Shown here: positions 37,999 through 46,299 of the stretch, in pieces
How positions within the stretch are numbered: the first letter of the stretch is position 1
Layout of the letters: each line of letters starts with the position of its first letter
DNA from: an uncultured Clostridia bacterium
GTDB lineage: Bacteria > Bacillota > Clostridia > TANB77 > CAG-508
Assembly: GCA_934149275.1 (NCBI GenBank)
Contig: CAKPEG010000001.1
Coordinates: 82,109 to 146,108, forward strand
Direction: 5' to 3'
DNA: 64,000 bases
Notes under the pieces: model-generated
Database searches by the model: none
Seen by the model: the letters and a program-made list of their open reading frames with translations, nothing else
What the model was told of the DNA's origin: nothing
Made by a program: the position numbers and the translations under genes

Positions 37999-39081
37999 CT
38001 AATAATCTCTATCATCATCAGTTAAATTTCCGTAAAAACCATACACTTGCCTGCATAACGGCTGGCTCCTTGTTCCACCCTTTACAACTACTTTTTCCAA
38101 ATCATCATATATACTATGTAATTTTATACCATATTTCTCCATTGTCTCCACATTCATTTCTTTAAATGCTGGACATGGCAATATCGTTCCATCATACTTT
38201 ATATCTAATTTTTCAGTTCCAGCAGTACATAAATGTGATATTCTTCCATTTAGTGGAATACCTATTCTAATATTTCCACTATAGTTGTCTTTTTCTCTTT
38301 TTAGTATTTCGCCAAATTCTTTTAACTCAGTTTCATCTAACATCAATTCTTGTTTATTCTCCAAGCCTCTTCCTTGTGGTACAAAATTTAAAATACTAAT
38401 ATTCTTTACACCTGCCATTTCCAAGCATTCTAATATATCAGGAAACTGTCTATAATTTGGTTTCATTGGAATAAAATGAACATCTACATCTAATCCAACT
38501 CTACTTGCTCTAATTAATGAATCCATCAAATCTGTATTTAAAGCTTTTCTTCCCATTAAATCATTATCAATCTCTTCATCTAATGCCTGCCAATCAAATA
38601 CAATTTTATTTACATCAAGGTTTTTTAATCTTTCTAATTCTTGTCGCGTTATAGATGTAAATTCTCCCGGATTCAACATTCTTCCATAATACGCTTGCAC
38701 ATTTCTTTTTAATCTTTCATTCCATGGCTCATTCAATTCTATCTCTTGTAAATCATGATTACATTTATCTTTTATATATTCAATTACTTCCGTTGGAATC
38801 GCAGAGTTCCTTTTTATCCCACTTGTAAATATAACTGTTCTAAGTCCATTATCTCTGCAAAACTTTACCATCTCAAATAAATCTGGATGTAAAAAAGGTT
38901 CTCCTCCAGAAATTGATATCTCACCTATTCCACCTTGATTAATAAAATGTGTTACTGCCCTTTTAAAATGTTCTATTGGTATTATTGTCTTTTTATCCTT
39001 TGATGCATTAGAAGAACAAAACTTGCATTTATTAGGACAAGTTTGTATTATTTCAAAACATAAATCCTTTAACATAAACAT
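37999..39081 (-). CDS. Radical SAM enzyme of unassigned subfamily
   Basis: 360 aa. CxxxCxxC cluster CPNKCKFC at residues 15-22. SAM-binding ISGGEPFL. A few scattered C-terminal Cys residues (HLC, LPCPA) with no obvious full SPASM motif. Confidence 0.7.
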   Translation of the reverse strand: MFMLKDLCFEIIQTCPNKCKFCSSNASKDKKTIIPIEHFKRAVTHFINQGGIGEISISGGEPFLHPDLFEMVKFCRDNGLRTVIFTSGIKRNSAIPTEVIEYIKDKCNHDLQEIELNEPWNERLKRNVQAYYGRMLNPGEFTSITRQELERLKNLDVNKIVFDWQALDEEIDNDLMGRKALNTDLMDSLIRASRVGLDVDVHFIPMKPNYRQFPDILECLEMAGVKNISILNFVPQGRGLENKQELMLDETELKEFGEILKREKDNYSGNIRIGIPLNGRISHLCTAGTEKLDIKYDGTILPCPAFKEMNVETMEKYGIKLHSIYDDLEKVVVKGGTRSQPLCRQVYGFYGNLTDDDRDY

Positions 39082-39144
39082 CCTTCTTTCAGATTTTTTA
39101 TTTTAAGTCGATTTGTATTGTATCATAAAAAGCTATATTCAACA

Positions 39145-39295
39145 AGAACAAAAGCGGACATCAACAACATTTGACCAATTATAACATTTTTAAGTCCGCG
39201 TCTTTGTTCGCGCGCGAAATTTGCTTTGCAAATTTCTGTACATTGTTATTTTTATATAATAGGAAGTTCAAAGAACCTTCCTATTATATAAAAAA
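39145..39295 (+). repeat. Family 2 intergenic repeat, intact copy
   Basis: gaacaaaagcggacatcaacaacatttgaccaattataacatttttaagtccgcgtctttgttcgcgcgcgaaatttgctttgcaaatttctgtacattgttatttttatataataggaagttcaaagaaccttcctattatataaaaaag. The same three-hairpin layout as 7769-7921, with a compensated change in the last hairpin (aagttcaaagaacctt against aagtttggagaacttt). Confidence 0.5.
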
Positions 39296-39348
39296 GCGTT
39301 TCTAAACATCGGTCATAATTAGACTTTATTTAAAAACGCTTTTAAAAA

Positions 39349-39951
39349 TTATTTCTCCTCTTTATACCATTTAGCAAACTCATTCATAGCATCAACTGAT
39401 TGATATTTCTTCCTATTAGCCCTTTCCTCATCAGTCATCTGTGCCAATGTCTTGTCATACCCATATGGTTTATATATATACCATAAATCAGACCACTTTT
39501 TATCTGTATCATTTCCTAGCACTTTATTAGCAAGCTCACCTTCATGATTTCCCATAAATTGATGCAATTCCTTGCCATCATAATAAGATAAACACTCCGT
39601 AAACCTACAATCTCTGTTTTTCTTTCCTTCCATCAACTTTAAAATTCCTTGTATTCCTATAGTATCTAATGCAAAATTAACAAAAGCCTTTGGAAATCCA
39701 TCTAACTCATCTATCCAAAATCCACAATCTAAAGATATACAAGGCTTATTCACTAACTTATAAGCCTCCATAACTTTCTGCTTTGAAATATACTTAATAT
39801 CATCACTTCTTGGTTCATCTAATTCATATTCAAAAACTTTAAAATTCACATCTTTTAAATGCTTTTTAGCAGACGCAATTTTTCCTTTATTATGTGTTAC
39901 AAATACAACCTCTTCCATTTCCATATCCTCTTTCCAATATATTTTGCTCAT
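39349..39951 (-). CDS. Non-canonical purine NTP pyrophosphatase, Ham1/RdgB (ITPase) family, with C-terminal extension
   Basis: VVFVTHNKGKIASAKKHL matches RdgB IIATHNPGKVKEFKEIL. ISLDCGFWIDELDGFPKAFVNF matches IADDSGLSIDNLGGRPGVYSAR. RDCRFTECL matches RTARFRCAL. GYDKTLAQMTDEE matches GYDPIF...MAELTSDEK. The start may be the internal ATG (MEMEEVV...). Confidence 0.6.
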   Translation of the reverse strand: MSKIYWKEDMEMEEVVFVTHNKGKIASAKKHLKDVNFKVFEYELDEPRSDDIKYISKQKVMEAYKLVNKPCISLDCGFWIDELDGFPKAFVNFALDTIGIQGILKLMEGKKNRDCRFTECLSYYDGKELHQFMGNHEGELANKVLGNDTDKKWSDLWYIYKPYGYDKTLAQMTDEERANRKKYQSVDAMNEFAKWYKEEK

Positions 39952-40089
39952 TTATTATAAAACATTTATATCAGATTTTCCACCTTTTTAAGTTTATGAT
40001 TACACTTCATATAATTCCATAATTTTTTTATTTCTTCAACCTCATTATTATTCATATTCCAAATTCCTTTTCAAATAATACATCATACA

Positions 40090-40653
40090 TTATAAATCAA
40101 ATTTTTCTTTTATCATTTTAGCCACTTCCTCAGCTGATATATTTTCATTATTAATTCTCATATAATTCTTAAATATTTTTTCTCCTTCACCTAAATCAGA
40201 ATTTAGCTTATGCTTAGTCATCGATCTTATTAAATCATTTTCACTCCATTCCAAATCTCTTTTAGATGCTTTATACTTTAATCTATTATCAGTTTTATTT
40301 CTTTTTAATCTTTCTTCCAAAGACGCTTCTAACTCTATTACATAAGAATCTTCAAATAAACTCGTCCACTTATCCTTCTCTTTGTTTTCTTCTTCAAAAC
40401 GATCTCCAAAATCAAAACAACCCGTAAATATTATTCCCTTTTCATTACTTTTAGCAAATTCTTTAAATACTTCGTATCTTATAAGCTCATTCATTTTGCA
40501 AAATACATTCTTATCATAATCAAATATTAATCTCACCATTTCTATTGTCATATGATTATAAAATAATTTATATCCTGTTATTTTCGCTAACTCTTGACCA
40601 ACAGTCATCTTTCCAACAGCCTGTGGACCTATTATTAATACAAACTTAGGCAT
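40090..40653 (-). CDS. P-loop kinase-like NTPase (Walker A GPQAVGKMT; nucleoside/nucleotide kinase or zeta-toxin-like fold)
   Basis: 187 aa with a Walker A at residues 9-16. The small size and lack of a clear Walker B are typical of NMP-kinase-like proteins. Confidence 0.45.
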   Translation of the reverse strand: MPKFVLIIGPQAVGKMTVGQELAKITGYKLFYNHMTIEMVRLIFDYDKNVFCKMNELIRYEVFKEFAKSNEKGIIFTGCFDFGDRFEEENKEKDKWTSLFEDSYVIELEASLEERLKRNKTDNRLKYKASKRDLEWSENDLIRSMTKHKLNSDLGEGEKIFKNYMRINNENISAEEVAKMIKEKFDL

Positions 40654-40683
40654 ATAAATCTCCCCCTAAACTATTCCTACATT

Positions 40684-41520
40684 TTATATTTTATCGACAT
40701 CTATTCCTAATCTTCTGAAATTTTCATTAATTTTTGTCATATCTCTATATCTTCCTTCTTTTAATTCAAAGCAATAATTGTCTCCCTCTATATTTAAATT
40801 TTCATCTTCCAATTCTTTGTCAATATCATATGGCACTTTTATAAATTGAAATGAAATATCAGAAGTATAATCTTGTGAATCATATTCTCCTTCTATAATC
40901 AAATAATTACTTTTGGTTGTTTCTAATACACTACTATCTCTATCATCATTTCTTATAACATCAAAAGAATTTCCCACACTACCTACATTTATCAAGGTTT
41001 TATTATATATTTTGTCAAAATAAGAATGATGAATATGTCCATATATAACTATATCAGCAATATTTTGAGTACAAGTATTTTCACTTGGCAAAAACATTTG
41101 ATATTTTGTTTCAATACTATCAACATTTAATATAGCTTTATTATTAACTTTAGGTGTCGCATGAAATAATCTTATAAAACTTCCACTCATATAAAATTCA
41201 TAAGAAAACGGCAAACTCAATAAATACTCTCTATCTTCCTCAGTAATTAAAGATTGATTCCATTTTATTCTCTTTTGTTCTGCTTCAGGCAATCGCTCTA
41301 AATCTTCATGCTCCATTGAAAAATATTGATCTGTATTACCTCGAATTACTACATCACATCTTTCTCTTATTAATTTTATACATTCCTTTGGATGAACCCC
41401 CTTTGCAATTGTATCTCCCAAACAAATTATTTTATCAACATTTCTTTTTTCTATATTATTTAATGTAGCCTTTAATGCTTCCAAATTTCCATGTACATCT
41501 GAAATAACTGCTATTCTCAT
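40684..41520 (-). CDS. Calcineurin-like metallophosphoesterase
   Basis: 278 aa. Motifs ISDVHGN, GDTIAKG (GDxxxRG-like), GNTD and YGHIH. Confidence 0.7.
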   Translation of the reverse strand: MRIAVISDVHGNLEALKATLNNIEKRNVDKIICLGDTIAKGVHPKECIKLIRERCDVVIRGNTDQYFSMEHEDLERLPEAEQKRIKWNQSLITEEDREYLLSLPFSYEFYMSGSFIRLFHATPKVNNKAILNVDSIETKYQMFLPSENTCTQNIADIVIYGHIHHSYFDKIYNKTLINVGSVGNSFDVIRNDDRDSSVLETTKSNYLIIEGEYDSQDYTSDISFQFIKVPYDIDKELEDENLNIEGDNYCFELKEGRYRDMTKINENFRRLGIDVDKI

Positions 41521-41554
41521 TACATTACCCCATTATCTTTTATATATTACTATT

Positions 41555-42442
41555 TCAAAATTTTTTTAACTTTAATCCGTCTTCCATATTTATTTTTGTT
41601 GGCATAACATATTTAGCATCTACTTTATGAGCTATCAAATTAGTTATTACTTTCATAGCTCTAGAACCATCAAACCACTTTGGATTATCACTATTTGCTC
41701 TAACTCTATCTAAAGAAGTTACCAAAGCATCATGATCGTATTTATCACACATTTCAATTGTCAACATATATTTTTGATTTTCGTTTTTATATAAACTATT
41801 CTCTATCAAATCATATCCTGCATTATTATACCAATAGAAATGATCACCACCAGCTAATATCAAAACATCTGCCTTAATATCTATATCACCAATCAATTGA
41901 TTAACATAGTTATAAACATCATCAAAAGTACAACTTGGAATATCATTCTTTAAAGTATCAAATTTATTTGTAACATCTACAACTCCAAAATCATAAAACT
42001 TTTTATCAATAACTTTTTTATTATTTACAAATATAAGCTCAATAGAGCCTCCACCACCTATAAAAACGCAAATATTGCCATCATAATCCACATTATTATA
42101 ACAACCTAAAGCTGTATAATTAGCTTCATCTTCTTGAGAAACAACTTGAATTTCCAAATTAAATTTATCATTTAACTTCTTATTAATTTCACTTAGCTCT
42201 TCATTAGATATACTTCTAAATATACTACATCCATAAATATTTATATTCTTTGTATACTTCAAAGCATTCTCTATAACTTCATCCAATTTGCTTAGGTCAT
42301 TTTCATTAATTCTATTTTCACTTTTATAGTTTTTCTTAAATTCAATTGTAACTGTATTTTCATACATTAATTCCTCACCTTTATATATATGAGTTTTAGT
42401 ATTATTACTTCCAATTTCTATAATAGCCGTCATATTATCCAT
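41555..42442 (-). CDS. Ppx/GppA-family phosphatase (exopolyphosphatase / pppGpp phosphohydrolase N-terminal ASKHA domains)
   Basis: 295 aa. IEIGSNNTKTHIY phosphate-1 motif. QEDEANYTALG (EEEA-type motif). FIGGGGSIEL glycine-rich phosphate-2. Confidence 0.6.
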   Translation of the reverse strand: MDNMTAIIEIGSNNTKTHIYKGEELMYENTVTIEFKKNYKSENRINENDLSKLDEVIENALKYTKNINIYGCSIFRSISNEELSEINKKLNDKFNLEIQVVSQEDEANYTALGCYNNVDYDGNICVFIGGGGSIELIFVNNKKVIDKKFYDFGVVDVTNKFDTLKNDIPSCTFDDVYNYVNQLIGDIDIKADVLILAGGDHFYWYNNAGYDLIENSLYKNENQKYMLTIEMCDKYDHDALVTSLDRVRANSDNPKWFDGSRAMKVITNLIAHKVDAKYVMPTKINMEDGLKLKKF

Positions 42443-42520
42443 ATTTTTTCTCCTTTTTTACAATTAATATTTTATAACTTTTATATCATTTATTTATAAA
42501 AAAGTAAATTTATCTATACT

Positions 42521-43330
42521 TTACATTTTCTCCAACAATTTCTCCAAATACACAGCAACCCCATCTTCATCATTAGACAAAGTAATCTCATCAGCATTTT
42601 CTTTAACAATATCAATAGCATTATCCATAGCCACCTTGTATCCTACTTGTTCAAACATTGGTAAATCATTATTATCATCACCAATAGCAATAGCCTCTTC
42701 TTTCTTTATATCTAAAATCTCCAATAATTTTTTTACTGCAATTCCTTTATTAGAATTTATATTAGCAATATCACAATACACAGTTTTATCATCTTTAAAT
42801 TTAATATCTAATAAGCTTTTATGCCTATTTTTTATTTCTACATTTTTTACTTTTTCAATTCTTGGTATTAAATTTTTAATTTTATCAAAATCATTATCCG
42901 CAATAGTACATTGAACCACATCATTACTATACACAAAATCTTCTATGCTCTCTTCTAATTTTTGTTCTTGATCTGGATGTTTTACCTTATTTACAACTCT
43001 GCCCTCTCCAACAGCCATAATAAATCTAACACCCTCTGGATTAGCAATTTTATATAATTCTATCAAAGCTTCTTTATCCATTTTGTTTACATATAAAATT
43101 TTATTTTGCTCATAATCATATATAATTCCACCACTTGACGTTATAATATATTTACTAGCAAAACATTCTCTACTTACAGCTTCAGTATATTTTCTTGGTC
43201 TACCAGAACACAATACAACCAATATACCTTTTTGACTAGCTCTTCTTATCATTTCAATTGTATTTCTTGATAAATTTTTATTACTATCTCTTAATGTTCC
43301 ATCAATATCTATAAATATCGCTTTTACCAT
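42521..43330 (-). CDS. HAD-IIB (Cof-type) phosphatase
   Basis: 269 aa. FIDIDGTL motif I, SGR motif II, K..., and GDDNNDLPMF motif IV. Confidence 0.75.
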   Translation of the reverse strand: MVKAIFIDIDGTLRDSNKNLSRNTIEMIRRASQKGILVVLCSGRPRKYTEAVSRECFASKYIITSSGGIIYDYEQNKILYVNKMDKEALIELYKIANPEGVRFIMAVGEGRVVNKVKHPDQEQKLEESIEDFVYSNDVVQCTIADNDFDKIKNLIPRIEKVKNVEIKNRHKSLLDIKFKDDKTVYCDIANINSNKGIAVKKLLEILDIKKEEAIAIGDDNNDLPMFEQVGYKVAMDNAIDIVKENADEITLSNDEDGVAVYLEKLLEKM

Positions 43331-43367
43331 ATTTTTTCATTATCCTCTCACATTCTTAAATCAATAT

Positions 43368-43949
43368 TTAAAACAAATCTTGTAATAATTCTCGCTTTAC
43401 ATCTAACCAATTATTTACTCGTATTATCGCCTTACTTTCAAGCTCTTCATCAGTTAGCTTTTTATTTCTAAACTCCGTAAATAACAATTTTTTATCGCAA
43501 TTTTCTAAATTTGATGCCCTATCATCAATTCCTATATCATATTTAATTTTGGTTTTATTGCTCATAAATATAAAATTATTTATATCTATAAAAGGAAACC
43601 AGCAATGCAAATATTCAAATTTATTTTTTAAATTAGTAGCCGCATCAATTACATTTTCCTTCCAAACATAAGCAGTAACAATATAAACATCATATTTTTC
43701 ATTTAATTCTCTAACTACATTTACACAATCAGGTAGTGGTTCAATATAATCACCTCTATCATTTTTATATAAATTTTTATATTTATATATCTTCTTAAAT
43801 TCCTCTTCTTTGCCCCTTATTAGGTCTTGTCTATTTTGACTATTTAATTTTTCAAAATTAACATCTCCTAGAAATTCAATTAAAAATTTAGAAAAATTCC
43901 CTACTACAATCACTTCATCCATATCAATCATAATTGATTTTCTACCCAT
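43368..43949 (-). CDS. HAD-like 5'(3')-deoxyribonucleotidase (NT5C-family) protein
   Basis: Start at the ATG at 43949 (AGAGGTG RBS): MGRKSIMIDMDEVIVVG... with a DxD motif I. YDVYIVTA and the IGIDDRASNLE motif match NT5C/YorS-type nucleotidases. Confidence 0.5.
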   Translation of the reverse strand: MGRKSIMIDMDEVIVVGNFSKFLIEFLGDVNFEKLNSQNRQDLIRGKEEEFKKIYKYKNLYKNDRGDYIEPLPDCVNVVRELNEKYDVYIVTAYVWKENVIDAATNLKNKFEYLHCWFPFIDINNFIFMSNKTKIKYDIGIDDRASNLENCDKKLLFTEFRNKKLTDEELESKAIIRVNNWLDVKRELLQDLF

Positions 43950-44050
43950 TCTTGTCACCTCTATTATAAATAAATTTTATATCTATTCACTACAAATCTT
44001 CTTCATTAATCAACAAAACAATATCTACTCAGTCTAAACTAACTTTCAAC

Positions 44051-44602
44051 TTACAAATAACTAACAATATCCTCCAACGTATCATATCCACTCTCACTAT
44101 TGATATGCCCTGCATTTGGTATACAAACTTGCTCTGTTGCAATCTTGTCTGCAAATTCTTTTTCAACTTCATATTTCACATATGAATCATTATCTGAATA
44201 GAAACAAATTATTTCATCTGCATACTGTTTCACATCTTCCAAATTATCAAAATACATTGATTTATTAACATTATCATACTCTTCATTTATACCCAAATAA
44301 TTATTAAATCCACATACAAATATTAACTTCTTAACCTTCACCTTATTTTCAACTAAAAATTTTGATATAAACACAGGCGCAATACTATGCCCTATAATAG
44401 TTGTATTCTCATTTATAAGACCTAAATCTAAATAATATTTTAACAACTTACTCCAATTCTCATAATTTTGATATCCTACTCCTATTGGAAAATCTGGCAC
44501 ATATACCTGCTTTCCATCTGACTCGATAAAATCATGTAACCAACTAAACCAATTTCCAAATGGGCTTCCAAATGATCCATGTATTATAAAATAATTTTCC
44601 AT
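44051..44602 (-). CDS. Serine hydrolase of the RBBP9/YdeN alpha/beta-hydrolase family
   Basis: 183 aa. N-terminal IIHGSFGSP. Nucleophile elbow IIGHSIAP (GHSxA). The size and pattern match PF06821. Confidence 0.55.
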   Translation of the reverse strand: MENYFIIHGSFGSPFGNWFSWLHDFIESDGKQVYVPDFPIGVGYQNYENWSKLLKYYLDLGLINENTTIIGHSIAPVFISKFLVENKVKVKKLIFVCGFNNYLGINEEYDNVNKSMYFDNLEDVKQYADEIICFYSDNDSYVKYEVEKEFADKIATEQVCIPNAGHINSESGYDTLEDIVSYL

Positions 44603-44960
44603 CTCTATTCCTCCTATATTAGCTTTTTCTCATTATTGTATGTCACTTTTATTTTCATATCCTATCATAAAAAGGTTAAAAAAGAAAGCCTCATAACAAA
44701 GGAAAGGCCTTCTTTTTAGTTTTATCTATATAATTTTTCAATCGTCTCGAATCACACACGGTTAAAATTTAGATTATATATGCTTTTCCACAATTCTAAG
44801 TAATCAATAGTGTACTTTTGCATAACTTTTTTGTTCTTATATTAACTCTAGAAGTCTTGTCCTTCTACGTGTATAGGAAATATGTTAATCATCTCTATCC
44901 TGCCTTTAGAGTTCACTTTATTTTCTTCTTTTAATCTATATTGAGTTTATATTATCAAAA

Positions 44961-45080
44961 TTTATATAACGATTTTTTTAATTTTTTCGTTTTATAAAAA
45001 TTTATAGCACGGATTTTTCGATTTTTCCGTGATATAAATTTTTATATCACGAATTTTTCAATTTTTTCGTTATATAGAAA
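44961..45080 (+). promoter_or_regulatory. Three tandem 40-bp direct repeats, each containing a palindromic core (putative operator array / iterons)
   Basis: U1 tttatataacgatttttttaattttttcgttttataaaaa. U2 tttatagcacggatttttcgatttttccgtgatataaatt. U3 tttatatcacgaatttttcaattttttcgttatatagaaa. Cores (c)acgRattttt..attttt.cgt(g) are internally palindromic. The exact 40-bp phasing (four helical turns) puts the three sites on one DNA face. Confidence 0.5.
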
Positions 45081-45099
45081 TCTCTCTATTCCCTTCTTT

Positions 45100-45126
45100 T
45101 TGAACTAGTGCATAATTTGCACTAGT
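45100..45126. other. Perfect 10-bp inverted repeat hairpin downstream of the YhcG-like gene
   Basis: aactagtgca-taattt-gcactagtt, with no strong flanking T-run. Confidence 0.4.
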
Positions 45127-45227
45127 TGGTTTGTCTTTCAAATATTAAGAATTCTGCGTTACTGCCTCTTATAATTAAATCTTTTATCATATCCTTATTG
45201 ACTAGTTACATTATTAAACTCTACTTT

Positions 45228-46262
45228 TTATTTCTCTGCATTTATTGAACCTTCATCCTTTTTTACATAGTTTTCTAGATTTAATTCTTTCTTAAATTCT
45301 TCCTCTGTTGGCAAATATAATTTATACTTTGATGCAAATATTTGCTTATTATCTTCTGGCAAAGTATATTTTACAACTTGGTCACTTTTATCTGCGCAAA
45401 GTACAATTCCAATTGGTGGATTATCGCCTTCATTCATCATCTCTCTTGTATAATAATTTACATACATTTGCATCTGTCCTAGATCCTGATGTGTTAAATC
45501 TCCTAATTTCAAATCAATTATTACAAAACATTTTAATATGTAATTGTAAAACACTAAATCAATAAAAAAATGTCTGCCATCAAAAGTTATTTTTTGTTGT
45601 CTTGCTACAAAAGAAAAACCTCTTCCTAACTCCAATAAAAATCTTTGTAAATGGTCTATTATTGCTTGTTCTAAGTCTTTTTCATAAAAATTTGTTTTTC
45701 CTTCTAATCCCAAAAATTCTAATACATAAGGATCTCTTATAATATTTTTAGGTTCTACTTTTTCTGGTAATCCAATCTCATTTTTAACTGCTTCCTTGTC
45801 TTGACTTGCTAATAACCTTTCATAATAGAATGTTCCTATTTGTCTTTCTAATTGTCTTACACTCCATCCTGATTTAACACATTCTTTTGCATAAAAACTT
45901 CTTATTTTTTCATTTTCTACTCTCATTAATAATCTATAATGTGACCAACTTAAATCGTCACACAGTGTGTGGCGATTTGGAAAAGCACGATAAAATTGTC
46001 TCATATACTTTAAATTTGTAACTGTAAATCCTTTTCCAAACTCACTTGTTAACTGGTTTGATAAATATTCTAATAACTTTTTACCATATTCTGCTCTATC
46101 ATTTTCTCCACAAGCTTTATGTATTTCTTGTCCTATCTCCCAGTATGCTTGTACCATTGCTGAATTCACTACTGTATATATTTTTGACTGTGCTGTTAAT
46201 ACACTATTTCTAATTATTCTATATGATTCTTCTGGTTGTATTGTTATTGGGTTATCATTCAT
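45228..46262 (-). CDS. YhcG-family (DUF1016) PDDEXK-fold nuclease-like protein
   Basis: Start at the ATG at 46262 (GAGAGGA RBS): MNDNPITIQPEE.... Conserved DUF1016 N-domain (LSWSHYRLLMRV). The C-terminal PD-(D/E)xK-like region contains GIVLCADKSDQVVKY. Confidence 0.6.
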   Translation of the reverse strand: MNDNPITIQPEESYRIIRNSVLTAQSKIYTVVNSAMVQAYWEIGQEIHKACGENDRAEYGKKLLEYLSNQLTSEFGKGFTVTNLKYMRQFYRAFPNRHTLCDDLSWSHYRLLMRVENEKIRSFYAKECVKSGWSVRQLERQIGTFYYERLLASQDKEAVKNEIGLPEKVEPKNIIRDPYVLEFLGLEGKTNFYEKDLEQAIIDHLQRFLLELGRGFSFVARQQKITFDGRHFFIDLVFYNYILKCFVIIDLKLGDLTHQDLGQMQMYVNYYTREMMNEGDNPPIGIVLCADKSDQVVKYTLPEDNKQIFASKYKLYLPTEEEFKKELNLENYVKKDEGSINAEK

Positions 46263-46299
46263 AAAATCACATCCTCTCAAATTTAAAATTTTTTTGAAT

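Noticed and set aside
37999-39081. Calling the radical SAM gene a prokaryotic viperin
   Set aside because: Only the generic N-terminal Cx3Cx2C and GGEPFL motifs match; the downstream viperin-specific blocks are not evident. It is reported as an unclassified rSAM with the viperin idea left as a test.
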